In this document: positions 52,929 through 62,372 of the stretch, one piece after another
Layout of the letters: the number at the start of each line of letters is the position of its first letter
How positions within the stretch are numbered: the stretch's first letter is position 1
Assembly: GCA_965198115.1 (NCBI GenBank)
Contig: OZ240241.1
Span: 8,128,001-8,192,000 of the forward strand
Origin: Candidatus Latescibacterota bacterium
Lineage (GTDB): Bacteria > Latescibacterota > UBA2968
DNA length: 64,000 bases
Direction of reading: 5' to 3'
Program-made: the position numbers and the translations under genes
The notes under the pieces: model-generated
Told to the model about the DNA's origin: nothing
What the model saw: the letters and a program-made list of their open reading frames with translations, nothing else
The model's database searches: none

Positions 52929-54140
52929 CTACTGAACCGAGGTCGACTCGGTCGAATCGCTGGAGGTGTGGACGACTTTCTGGTCGGTCTCGACGGAGCC
53001 GTCGACGACCGGTTGGGTTGGTGATTCGGGGGGGCTGGCCGGCGTCTCCTTCTTCCGTCCGGCTTCGACCGCGCTGCGGTTTTCCATACCGAGGAGGGTC
53101 TTGAGGATGCTCCGCTGCCCCACGATGACGCGGAGGTCGGCGGTGGAACCGTATCGGAGGGGAATCGGCGTTTCTTTGATGGCGACGTGGATTTCGAACG
53201 TGCGCGCGCCACCGTCGTTGGCCGCGTATCCGGATATGACCGAAACTTCCCCGATTCCGACGAAGTCTTCCCGGTCCGTGAACAGGTTGCTCAGGATTTC
53301 GACGGGGTTGCCAACCTGAACCTTCCACGCACTCGTTTCGCCGATCCACGCCTCGATGATGGGCTCGCGTCCTTCGCCCGCGATGATCAGGACGATGGCA
53401 CCCTGGTTGGCGAGCATACCGGGATGCAGATCGCGTCGGATGACGACACCATCTGTCGTCGCGCGTAGCGTCGTCAGGTTCGTGGCTTCGTGCGTCGCCG
53501 CCAGATGCTGGCGAGATCTACCCAAACTCGCTTCCGCCTGGCGTACCTCTGCGCCTGCCTGCTCGATTTCGGCATCGGAGGGACCACGACGGACGAGGTT
53601 GAAATTTTCGGAGGCGACCTTCAGATTCGCCCGGGCAAGTTCGTGATTGGTCTGGGCCCGTTCCATCTCCTCCTGGCTCCAGAGCCGCTCGCCCAGGTAG
53701 AGGTGCTGGGCTCGTTTGAGATCTTGCGCGCGTGCCACGAGGCTGATCTCGGCCTGCTCCAGACGCGACTCCGCGATGCGCAATTCCTCCGGCGTCGGTT
53801 GTTCACGAAGGATGGCCAGCCTCCCCTGCACGACGGCCAGGTTCGCCTCGGCCCCCTTGACTTCTTTCTCGGCGCTGGCAACGGCACTCCGAAGGTCGCC
53901 ATCGTAGAGTTGTGCCACGACCTGTCCGACCGACACGGTGTCTCCAGGAACGACGAGCACACGATCGACGACGCGATTGAGCGGCGAATCGATGTAAATC
54001 TTGGCACCCGGCTCGACGATACCCTGAGCCATGACGACATCGTCGATGTCGATGAGAGAGAGGATGAGCGTTAGGACCGCAATCGGGCCGAAGGTCCAGC
54101 CGAGCCATCTGATGGCCCGCTGCTTGTTGCGTCTGCGCAT
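52929..54140 (-). CDS. HlyD/EmrA-family membrane fusion protein
   Basis: N-terminal TM helix, lipoyl-like halves (VVPGDTVSVGQ), long coiled coil. Confidence 0.8.
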   Translation of the reverse strand: MRRRNKQRAIRWLGWTFGPIAVLTLILSLIDIDDVVMAQGIVEPGAKIYIDSPLNRVVDRVLVVPGDTVSVGQVVAQLYDGDLRSAVASAEKEVKGAEANLAVVQGRLAILREQPTPEELRIAESRLEQAEISLVARAQDLKRAQHLYLGERLWSQEEMERAQTNHELARANLKVASENFNLVRRGPSDAEIEQAGAEVRQAEASLGRSRQHLAATHEATNLTTLRATTDGVVIRRDLHPGMLANQGAIVLIIAGEGREPIIEAWIGETSAWKVQVGNPVEILSNLFTDREDFVGIGEVSVISGYAANDGGARTFEIHVAIKETPIPLRYGSTADLRVIVGQRSILKTLLGMENRSAVEAGRKKETPASPPESPTQPVVDGSVETDQKVVHTSSDSTESTSVQ

Positions 54141-54205
54141 CACGGCGATTCAGGCCTTATTCTTGACACACGATCGGCGCTCTTCTATGTTATCGCTCCG
54201 GATGG

Positions 54206-54280
54206 GGGCCCGTAGCTCAGTGGTAGAGCAGCGGCCTTTTAAGCCGTTGGTCGAAGGTTCAAGTCCTTCCGGGCTCACCA
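54206..54280 (+). tRNA. tRNA-Lys (anticodon TTT)
   Basis: Full cloverleaf GGGCCCG...CT TTT AA...TTCAAGT...CGGGCTC ACCA; promoter TTGACA-N17-TATGTT at 54163-54191. Confidence 0.96.
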
Positions 54281-54303
54281 TTCCGGTTTCGCCGCCGATA
54301 TAA

Positions 54304-54328
54304 AATAAGGCCCTTCCCGGGCCTTATT
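54304..54328 (+). terminator. Hairpin after the tRNA
   Basis: AATAAGGCCC-TTCCC-GGGCCTTATT. Confidence 0.5.
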
Positions 54329-54556
54329 CTATTAGATAGGGTATCAAAGTCGGGCGAACCCTTCCATAAAAGTAGCCCCTAACTTCTTGAAAGTCAAGAA
54401 TTCATTGGCGAATTTTTATCAGTAAAGCTAATGATTGTCGTGGTCGATTCTTGCCTTTTTATCCGATTCGAGCCAGAGCGAGTCACGTCTTGACTTCCGA
54501 TATTCCAATTAATATATTTTGGGTCGGAATACTCAACAATAAGGTCAGGGTGCCTC

Positions 54557-55312
54557 TTGCCACAGCTTGACTTCGACAAACTCCGTTTAGATGCAAAAGA
54601 CCTCCAGAACGCGACGACAGAAGAGATTCTGAGATGGTCCTGGGATCGATTGGGTCCACGTCTCGCTCTGGGTACTGCGTTCGGTGCGACGGGGCTGGTC
54701 CTTTTGGACATTTCTCGACGTGTGCTTCCCGGCTTGCCCGTGTTCACAATCGATACCGGTTTTCTGTTTCCCGAGACCCTGGAGTTGATGACGAGGATTC
54801 AATCTCGATACGGAGTGGAGATCGAATCGATCACGCCGATCCAGACGGTCGAGGAGCAGGCCAGCGCGCACGGCGACGCGCTTTACGATCGGGATCCCGA
54901 CCAATGCTGCTATCTTCGCAAAGTCGAGCCGCTGCACCGGAAACTTCGTGAACTCGACGGGTGGATCGCCGGGTTGCGTCGGGACCAGGGGGGTGGGCGT
55001 AAGGAGACGGACGTCCTGACACCGTTTCCGACGCACGGTGACCGCCTGGTCGCCAAGATCAACCCCGTGGCGAAATGGACGCGCAAGCAAGTGTGGGACT
55101 ACATCCTCGAACACGATCTATCCTACAACCCACTCATGGACCAGGGATACCCCAGCATCGGCTGTTGGCCATGCACCGCATCGGTGTCGGCGGCGGGCGA
55201 CGAGAGGGCCGGGCGGTGGGTCGGCTCTACCAAGACCGAATGCGGTATCCACGCCATTCTACCTGCGGAAACTCTCGCACCCGAGGTCGATCCGGTTCAG
55301 GCAGCAGATTAG
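54557..55312 (+). CDS. cysH: APS/PAPS reductase, Fe-S type
   Basis: CC..RKVEPL, SIGCWPCT, ECGIH. Confidence 0.92.
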   Translation: MPQLDFDKLRLDAKDLQNATTEEILRWSWDRLGPRLALGTAFGATGLVLLDISRRVLPGLPVFTIDTGFLFPETLELMTRIQSRYGVEIESITPIQTVEEQASAHGDALYDRDPDQCCYLRKVEPLHRKLRELDGWIAGLRRDQGGGRKETDVLTPFPTHGDRLVAKINPVAKWTRKQVWDYILEHDLSYNPLMDQGYPSIGCWPCTASVSAAGDERAGRWVGSTKTECGIHAILPAETLAPEVDPVQAAD

Positions 55313-55359
55313 GAGATTCTTGACAGTGTAGGTCAGGAATTCATATACTCTTTTCACAC

Positions 55360-55388
55360 GAGGACCCTCTGCCGGGTCCCTTTTTTTA
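55360..55388 (+). terminator. Intrinsic terminator after cysH
   Basis: GGACCC-TCTGCC-GGGTCC, then C and a T-run. Confidence 0.65.
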
Positions 55389-55406
55389 GCTCGAGAGCCT
55401 CGAACA

Positions 55407-56333
55407 TTGACAGACGTCACACGCGCCGTCGGTTCGGGCATCCGCCCGTCGATCCTATCTGCCATCGGTCGAACGCCGCTCCTGCGAGTCGACCGGTTCA
55501 CACAACACCTCCCGGGCATAGAGATTTATGCCAAGATGGAAATGTTCAACCCGGGGGGGTCTGTGAAGGATCGACCGGCACTTCAGATGATCGAGGATGC
55601 GGAGGCTACGGGCGAGCTCACGGTCGATCGAACGATTCTGGATTCGACCTCTGGAAACACGGGCATCGCCTACGCGATGATCGGTGCTGTTAAAGGTTAC
55701 GGTGTCGAGCTCGTCATGCCTGAGAGTGTGAGTGTGGAACGGCGGCACGTGATTCAGGCCTACGGTGCCACGCTCGTGTTGAGTGACCCCTTGGAGGGTT
55801 CCGACGGCGCCATCCTGAAGTGTCGCGAAATCCTCGCCGCCGATCTGGATCGTTACTACAAGCCCGATCAGTACAACAACCCGTCCAACCCGAAAGCCCA
55901 TTACCTCCACACGGCGCCGGAAATCTGGGAGCAGACGGAAGGTCGAGTCACGCATTTCATCACGACGTTGGGAACGAGCGGTACCCTCGTGGGGACCGGC
56001 CGTCGTCTGAAAGAATTCAATCCAGACCTTCGAGTGATCGCGATCGAGCCGCCGGAGTTTCACGGAATCGAGGGGCTCAAGAACATGGATGTTTCGATCG
56101 TGCCCGGCATCTACGATAATTCAGTGTGGGACGAAAAGATTCAGGTCGAAACCGAGGTCGCCTATGACTTCGCGCGGCGGCTCACGCGAGAGATGGGTGT
56201 CATGGTCGGTCAGTCGTGCGGGGCTGCCATGGCGGGGGCCATACGAATCGCGGAAAATGAACCGGAAGGGGTTATCGTCACGATCTTTCCAGACAGCGGT
56301 GAAAAATACATGAGCACGCCCCTGTGGCAGTAG
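55407..56333 (+). CDS. cysM: PLP-dependent cysteine synthase (CysM-like)
   Basis: NPGGSVKDR, TSGNTG, GTSGT, IEGLKNM. Confidence 0.85.
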   Translation: MTDVTRAVGSGIRPSILSAIGRTPLLRVDRFTQHLPGIEIYAKMEMFNPGGSVKDRPALQMIEDAEATGELTVDRTILDSTSGNTGIAYAMIGAVKGYGVELVMPESVSVERRHVIQAYGATLVLSDPLEGSDGAILKCREILAADLDRYYKPDQYNNPSNPKAHYLHTAPEIWEQTEGRVTHFITTLGTSGTLVGTGRRLKEFNPDLRVIAIEPPEFHGIEGLKNMDVSIVPGIYDNSVWDEKIQVETEVAYDFARRLTREMGVMVGQSCGAAMAGAIRIAENEPEGVIVTIFPDSGEKYMSTPLWQ

Positions 56334-56794
56334 AGGTGGTCTGCGTGGGCGATCATATCTGGCGAGCGATCGACGCACACGCGGTGAAGGACTACCCCGA
56401 CGAGTGTTGTGGTGTCGTGACGGAAAACGCATCGGGGGCATCGGTCGCGCACGCGTGCGAGAACATCCAGAATCGACTTCACGAGCAGGACCCGGAGACG
56501 CATCCCCGAACGGCCCGAACGGCCTACCGGATAAACGATCTTCAAGTGGCGCGTATCCTGGACGACACGGAGAAGGCCGGTGGAAAGATGACCGCCATCT
56601 ATCATTCCCACATCGATTGCGATGCCTACTTTTCTGAAGAAGACCAGCTCGCGGCCACTTTCTTCGACGAACCCGCCTATCCGGGCGTTGCGTATCTCGT
56701 CGTGTCGGTTGTCGAGGGTGGGCTTCGGGGAAGGAAGGCTTTCGAGTGGGATGCGTCCGCCGGGCTCTATGTCGAGGTCGCGCTGTCAGCGTGA
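56324..56794 (+). CDS. mec: Mec+/JAMM metallopeptidase
   Basis: YPDECCG and YHSH...FSEED JAMM motif. Confidence 0.85.
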   Translation: MAVEVVCVGDHIWRAIDAHAVKDYPDECCGVVTENASGASVAHACENIQNRLHEQDPETHPRTARTAYRINDLQVARILDDTEKAGGKMTAIYHSHIDCDAYFSEEDQLAATFFDEPAYPGVAYLVVSVVEGGLRGRKAFEWDASAGLYVEVALSA

Positions 56795-57811
56795 CGGTTT
56801 GACGATTACGTCACCGCGCGCGGTCTCCCCCGCGGCGCGGCGAGGAATGGTTCACTGGATCTGTTCGATGTCTTAGTCGTCGGGTGCGGTCCGGCCGGAG
56901 CCACGGCTGCCCGTTGTGTCGCCGAAGCAGGCTTGTCGGTAATGATCATCGATCGTGCCGGCGTCGACGCAAGCTCGGTCGTCCAGCCGATTCGTGGCGT
57001 CAGGCTGACAGATCGAGAGGGACACCACGCGATCTCGTGTTCGGGGTGGATGATCGACCGGACACGGTTCGACAAGACACTCGCCATTCACGCGCTGGAA
57101 GCTGGGGCGGACCTCTGCAACGCATTCGTGCTGACCTGTGCGGGTGGCGAGGTCGTCGCCCGGAGAAACGGAACCGAGGCCCGCTTCCGGGGGCGAGTGA
57201 TCGTCGGTGCCGATGGCGCGCCCTCCGTCGTGACGCGAAATCATCGATCGGGCGATGTCCAATACCTCTCCGCGCTGCAGTACGAGGTCGGTCTGAATGG
57301 TGACGAAGACTGGGTCGAGCTGATCAACCCGCTGCCGGGGGGGTCGGGGTTCGGCTGGTTCGTGCCGAGCGGCCGGACGGCGCGGGTGGGTGTGGCCGTC
57401 GACCGATCTCGAGCGAAGGACCTGAAAGGGGCGGCGCGCGCGCTGCTCCGTCGATACGAGTCCGATCGCCGCGTTTTCCCGAACGCGATCCTGAGTGCTT
57501 CGGGTGGGTTGATTCCGGTCGCCCTGCGGAGTCTCAGGAGTGCGCGGGCATCCTGCCCGCCGGCGACGCGTGCGGGTTCGCCGGACCGTTAGGGGGGGGG
57601 CGGAATCGCCACGGCGGTCCTGTTGGGCGAACTCTCGGGACACGTGGCCGGGGCATCCGTCAGTGCGGGCGATGCAGGCTTGCTCGATGACTATCCCAAC
57701 GAGGCGCTCGAAAGGCTACCTGGAGCGGCTGAGGTGGGAGACGCCTTGTCGAACGTACGGGGCGGCCTGGAAATGCTCGGAGACTGGAACCCACCGGCAA
57801 GACCAGCCTGA
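56791..57811 (+). pseudogene. Geranylgeranyl-reductase/FixC-like FAD oxidoreductase with about three frameshifts (pseudogene or sequence errors)
   Basis: DVLVVGCGPAG, IDRTRFD, GADG; GDACGF and GGGIATA fall in shifted frames (G9 run at 57592-57600). Confidence 0.65.
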
Positions 57812-57831
57812 TCAATCCACTGGAGGGAACT

Positions 57832-58107
57832 ATGGCTGTAACCGTTCGCATCCCCACACCGCTTCGCAGGTTTACCAACGATCAGTCCGATGTAAAAATT
57901 GACGGCGGGACCGTTGGTGAGGTCGTCGACAACCTCGAAGCCGCACACGCGGGTATCAAGGAGAAGCTCGTCGACGAATCCGGTGACATACGCAGGTTCG
58001 TCAATGTCTACGTGAACGACGAAGACATTCGATTCCTCGACGGTGCCCTGACGGCCGTCAAGGATGGCGACAGCGTAACCATCGTTCCAGCGATCGCGGG
58101 AGGGTAG
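57832..58107 (+). CDS. CysO/MoaD/ThiS ubiquitin-like sulfur carrier
   Basis: VRIPTPLR...NDEDIRFL...PAIAGG with C-terminal GG. Confidence 0.9.
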   Translation: MAVTVRIPTPLRRFTNDQSDVKIDGGTVGEVVDNLEAAHAGIKEKLVDESGDIRRFVNVYVNDEDIRFLDGALTAVKDGDSVTIVPAIAGG

Positions 58108-58115
58108 AAGGTCAC

Positions 58116-58547
58116 GTGCACATTTCGGCCAAAACCGACTACGGACTTCGTGCGGTACTGGAGCTGTCGATTCACTTCGGTGAGGGGTGTATCCATAGTG
58201 GCGATATCGCGGCCGCACAGAACATTCCCGAGTCCTACCTGGTCCAACTCTTGAACCAGCTGCGGAAGGCGGGTGTGATTCGGAGCACCCGGGGTCCCAA
58301 GGGAGGGCACCAGCTCGTTCGGAGACCCGATGAAGTGACCGTCGGCGCTGTCACCGCCGCCCTCGAGGGGCCCGTCGATCTCGCGGGGAAGGGTGAGGAT
58401 CGCTCCCCTGCTTCACCTGCGGCCGCCGTTTTTCGTGAAGTATGGGACGATGTGGAGAACGCCATCGATGCCGTTCTGGCTGGAACGACGTTCGCCGACC
58501 TCGTACGCAGGGCGAACAGCAACGCCGCCATCACGTTCAGGATCTGA
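58116..58547 (+). CDS. Rrf2-family regulator (CymR-like, no Fe-S cysteine triad)
   Basis: DYGLRAVLEL, STRGPKGG, LEGP. Confidence 0.9.
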   Translation: MHISAKTDYGLRAVLELSIHFGEGCIHSGDIAAAQNIPESYLVQLLNQLRKAGVIRSTRGPKGGHQLVRRPDEVTVGAVTAALEGPVDLAGKGEDRSPASPAAAVFREVWDDVENAIDAVLAGTTFADLVRRANSNAAITFRI

Positions 58548-58550
58548 GTC

Positions 58551-59477
58551 ATGAGCGCAGCTCGCAAAGTCGACACGGTGCTCGAGCTGATCTGCTCGAC
58601 ACCCGTCGTGCGGCTGAACCGGCTCTCGCCCGACCGGGGGGCCGAGGTTTGGGGAAAGCTGGAATCGCTCAATCCTGGCGGAAGCCTGAAGGACCGGATT
58701 GCGCTTGCGATGATCGAGGATGCCGAGGCGCGAGGCGTGCTGAAGCCGGGCATGACGATCGTCGAGTCGACATCGGGGAACACCGGGATCGGTCTGGCCA
58801 TGGTGGCGGCGGTCAAGGGCTACAAGCTGATGATCACCATGCCCGAAGGAGTGAGTGAGGAGCGCCAGCAGCTGCTACGCGCCTACGGGGCCGAAGTCAT
58901 CCTGACGTCGGCGTTCGAGGGCATGCAAGGCACGATCGATCGGGCAGAAGCGCTCCGGGCCGAACTGGACAACGTCTTTTTGCCAAAACAGTTCGAGAAT
59001 CCTGCCAACCCGGCGTTCCATCGAAAGACGACGGCTCGAGAGATTCTTGAACAGATGGACGGTGTTCCCGATGTCTTCGTCGCCGGCGTCGGTACGGGAG
59101 GAACGATCACGGGTGTGGGCGAGGTTTTGAAGGAGGCTTCGGACGACGTAGAGGTCGTAGCGGTGGAGCCGGCCGATTCGGCCGTCCTCTCCGGGGGCGA
59201 GCCTGGGCCGACGGAAATCGACGGGTTGGGCGCCGGATTCGTGCCACCCGTCCTGAACAGGGACATCGTCGACCGTGTCGTCGCGGTTTCGAACGGAGAC
59301 GCCCGCCGGATGTCACGGCGGATGGCGAAAGAAGAGGGGATCCTGGCCGGGATCTCTTCGGGCGCCGCCGTGCACGTCGCCGTCGACATCGCTCGCAAGC
59401 GGCCAGCGGGCCAGCACGTCGTGGTCATCGTGTGCGACACCGGCGAGCGCTACCTCGGGAGCTTTCTCTTCGGTTGA
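58551..59477 (+). CDS. cysK: Cysteine synthase A
   Basis: NPGGSLKDR, GVGTGGT, IDGLGAGFVP, DTGERY. Confidence 0.9.
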   Translation: MSAARKVDTVLELICSTPVVRLNRLSPDRGAEVWGKLESLNPGGSLKDRIALAMIEDAEARGVLKPGMTIVESTSGNTGIGLAMVAAVKGYKLMITMPEGVSEERQQLLRAYGAEVILTSAFEGMQGTIDRAEALRAELDNVFLPKQFENPANPAFHRKTTAREILEQMDGVPDVFVAGVGTGGTITGVGEVLKEASDDVEVVAVEPADSAVLSGGEPGPTEIDGLGAGFVPPVLNRDIVDRVVAVSNGDARRMSRRMAKEEGILAGISSGAAVHVAVDIARKRPAGQHVVVIVCDTGERYLGSFLFG

Positions 59478-59498
59478 CACCACCGGCCACCGGCCACG

Positions 59499-59533
59499 AA
59501 AAAAGCCCATCATCGAGAAGATGACGGGCTTTT
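59499..59533. terminator. Bidirectional terminator between cysK and rpsT
   Basis: AAAAAAGCCC...GGGCTTTT. Confidence 0.65.
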
Positions 59534-59552
59534 AAGATTTTGGGACTCGCCT

Positions 59553-59810
59553 TTACGCTTCGAGCGTGCCGACGTGCATAGCCAAGCGAGACTTGTAGCG
59601 CGCACCGGTACGGTGGTGCAGCACGCCTTTTCTGACCGTACGGTCGATGACGGACATCGCCTCGGGCAGCAATGCCTCGGCCTCTTGCTTGTTCTCGATC
59701 GTTCGCAGCTTCTTGACGGTCGATCTGAAGAGGGTTCGCGCGGCCTTGTTGCGTTGGGCCACTTTCTGCGCCTGTCGATTTCTCTTTATGGACGATTTGA
59801 GTCTGGGCAA
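59553..59810 (-). CDS. rpsT: 30S ribosomal protein S20
   Basis: KSSIKR..RNKA..KGVLHHRTGARYKSRL; TTG start after AGGAGG. Confidence 0.9.
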   Translation of the reverse strand: MPRLKSSIKRNRQAQKVAQRNKAARTLFRSTVKKLRTIENKQEAEALLPEAMSVIDRTVRKGVLHHRTGARYKSRLAMHVGTLEA

Positions 59811-59967
59811 CGTAGAGCCTCCTGGATCCCATTTCTTCAGGCTCGAGAATATACCAGGGTGGCTAATGCCACACAAGCATTTTCATAAGAAATGATGCGA
59901 AGTCAAGATCGGTCCGCCCTCCGCCGATAGTCAGATAGGGCTTGGTCATCACGAAAGGACGATCTTG

Positions 59968-60093
59968 ATGGAATTCTGGATGATTCCCTTCATCGTCGTG
60001 AGTCTTCTGATTTTGTTCGTGCTCTCTCTCGTCGTGGTCGAATACCAGGAACAGCGCATCCGTCGATACGACGCTTCTCGTAGATTGCGTTAG
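59968..60093 (+). CDS. 41-aa single-TM small protein, not in the ORF track
   Basis: AAAGGA RBS; MEFWMIPFIVVSLLILFVLSLVVVEYQEQRIRRYDASRRLR. Confidence 0.5.
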   Translation: MEFWMIPFIVVSLLILFVLSLVVVEYQEQRIRRYDASRRLR

Positions 60094-62372
60094 TCCGCCC
60101 GCCCGGCCGCTCTGGCCTCTCGCTCCATATTCTTTTCGCACGCCCGGATTCTGCCTTCGGCGAATTCCTCGAATTCCTGATCACCGTCCCACAGATCCAG
60201 GAACGTCTCGAACAGTGACTTGGCTTCTTTCCAGCGTCTGAAACCATATCGGAGCACGCCCAGGCTGAAGTAAGCTCGAGGGAAGCGCGGGTCGACTTCG
60301 ATCGCCTTCCGATAGGCCCGCTCGGCGCCGATCGGGTCACCCACGATTTCGAGGGCCCGACCTGTGCCCCAGTGAGTGAGCGCCTCTCTCGGACTCAGTT
60401 CGGTCGCCGTCCTGTAATGGTGAAGGGCTGTGATGTAGTCCTCTCGTCGCACCAGGAGCTCGGCCAGGTTGTGATGTGCCTGAGCGAGATCTGGATCTGT
60501 TTCCAGGGCACGACGGTAAAAGACCTCCGCCGAATCCACCTCCCCGCGTGCTTTGAGGATGTTCGCCAGGTTGTTGTTGGCTCCTGCATCCCGGTCGTCT
60601 ACCGACAGTATCTTTCGATACTCTGCTTCGGCTCGTCGAACGTTCCCCGTGGCCCTGTAGAGAGCTCCAAGGTTGGTGCGCACGGTCTTTGCGTCGGGGT
60701 AGATGGACAGAGCCGCTTCGTACTGTGCGAGAGCTTCGTCGTGGCGGCCCGTTCTTTTGTAGATGATCCCGAAACCGTTGTGCGCTCGCCACGCATAGGG
60801 GGCTTGCTCCAGGGCTCTCAGGTAAGCCGACTCCGACTCTGCGTGTCGGCCTTGCTGCTCGAGGCTTCGTCCCAGAACGATCAGCGCGTGGGGGCGAAAC
60901 AGACCCGACGAAACCGCCAACCTGGCTTCCCGTTCCACGTTCCCCCATTTTGCCCCGTCTTCCTCCGCCAATGCGGCAAGAAAGTGACGGTCGAACCTGA
61001 TCTGGCGGTGAGTCGTTGCCGCGGCCCCCATGGCGAGTAGGAGAAGGATTCCCACCACAATGCTCGCGGGACCCCGCGACAAGGTTATCGTTCCCCCGCG
61101 TGCAGCCGCCACAGCGCCCCCGATCGCGAAGATAAATGAGATTGCCTGGGGCTGTTCCCTGGGAAAGCTGAAGAAGCCGTGTGTCGCGAATCCCGCGACG
61201 GTGACTGCCAGAAACGGAGCGAGCGCAGACCAGGCTTCGTCGTCTCGCATTCTGTAGAGTTCGACGAGGAGGAGAAGGGGAATGGCCGCGTAGATCAGCC
61301 CGGCCAGGATTCCGCTCTCGGCGGTCACCCAGAGATAGTCGTTGTGAGGTCGTTTGGGAGACGAGTCCGGGCGGAGCATGACGCCGTCGTCGTAAGCGGG
61401 GTAGATATGCTGCCAGCTCCCCAGACCAACCCCCGTCAGCAGGTTGTCCCAGATCAGGTCGGCTGTCCTTGCCCACATGGCGAGACGACCCCGATCGCCC
61501 GTCTCCGCTGTCAACGACTGGAGCGTCGCGACGACGTCCGCTTTCTTCTCGTCGAACCGCTGGAGCCCCGTGTCTTCGAATCGTTCGTCCAACGGAGCGA
61601 GGGCGGCCGTGAGTAGAACCGCACCACACAGCACGATCCGTTTGGCAGTCGAGCCCAGCTGGCCGGGCAGGTTGCGACGGTAGAGTGATGACCGGACGAC
61701 CAGTGCGCATCCGACGACAGCACCCATCGTCAAGCCGAGCCAGGCGCCACGAGTGCGCGTGTAGACGAGAAACACGACCGACAGAGCTGTAGCGAGAGCG
61801 GGGAGGACAGCCAGCCACGTCGAAGGGGTGGCAAGCGCGAGATAGAGCGTGGCGGGGATTGCGCAGATGAGAAACATGGCGGCGAAGTTTCTGAATCCGA
61901 AGGTCGCGCTCGGCAGCCCGTTTGACGGAAGTGCGATCGGGGACAGACCCTGGTACTCCAACACGCCGATCGTGGATGTGAGCAGGGCCGCGAACGTGAC
62001 GCCCCAGATCGCGACCGTGAATCCGCGAGCCGAATCGAGCGACGTCGCCGCAAGCGTTCCGAGTGAGAACAGGACGATCAGAAAGGCGGCCTCTCCGAGT
62101 GCGTGGTCGGTGTTGGGAGCGTGGAGCGCCGAAGCGAGCGCCAGTCCCGTATACGCAGCCAAGAGACCGGATAGGGTGTTGCGTGGCAGTTCGAGCTGTC
62201 GCTCCGATTGGACCCGCCACAAGAGATGGGCCAGGCCGAGTGTAGTCAGTACGGCGAGCAGCCACCGCTTCGGCAGCAGGGCGTATTCGTAGATTCCGGG
62301 AAGAAGGGCAAGAGGCACGAGCGCAAAAACGAGGGCAATCCAAATGGCCCCGACGGTGCGTTGTGTGGTCAT
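60090..62372 (-). CDS. O-antigen-ligase/Wzy_C-family membrane protein with C-terminal TPRs
   Basis: TFGFRN, TRTRGAWLG, GVGLGSW, PHNDYL, then several TPRs. Confidence 0.85.
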   Translation of the reverse strand: MTTQRTVGAIWIALVFALVPLALLPGIYEYALLPKRWLLAVLTTLGLAHLLWRVQSERQLELPRNTLSGLLAAYTGLALASALHAPNTDHALGEAAFLIVLFSLGTLAATSLDSARGFTVAIWGVTFAALLTSTIGVLEYQGLSPIALPSNGLPSATFGFRNFAAMFLICAIPATLYLALATPSTWLAVLPALATALSVVFLVYTRTRGAWLGLTMGAVVGCALVVRSSLYRRNLPGQLGSTAKRIVLCGAVLLTAALAPLDERFEDTGLQRFDEKKADVVATLQSLTAETGDRGRLAMWARTADLIWDNLLTGVGLGSWQHIYPAYDDGVMLRPDSSPKRPHNDYLWVTAESGILAGLIYAAIPLLLLVELYRMRDDEAWSALAPFLAVTVAGFATHGFFSFPREQPQAISFIFAIGGAVAAARGGTITLSRGPASIVVGILLLLAMGAAATTHRQIRFDRHFLAALAEEDGAKWGNVEREARLAVSSGLFRPHALIVLGRSLEQQGRHAESESAYLRALEQAPYAWRAHNGFGIIYKRTGRHDEALAQYEAALSIYPDAKTVRTNLGALYRATGNVRRAEAEYRKILSVDDRDAGANNNLANILKARGEVDSAEVFYRRALETDPDLAQAHHNLAELLVRREDYITALHHYRTATELSPREALTHWGTGRALEIVGDPIGAERAYRKAIEVDPRFPRAYFSLGVLRYGFRRWKEAKSLFETFLDLWDGDQEFEEFAEGRIRACEKNMEREARAAGRAD

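Noticed and set aside
54206-54560. Integrative element at tRNA-Lys
   Set aside because: No integrase and no duplicated tRNA 3' end seen; the AT-rich flank is explained by promoters.
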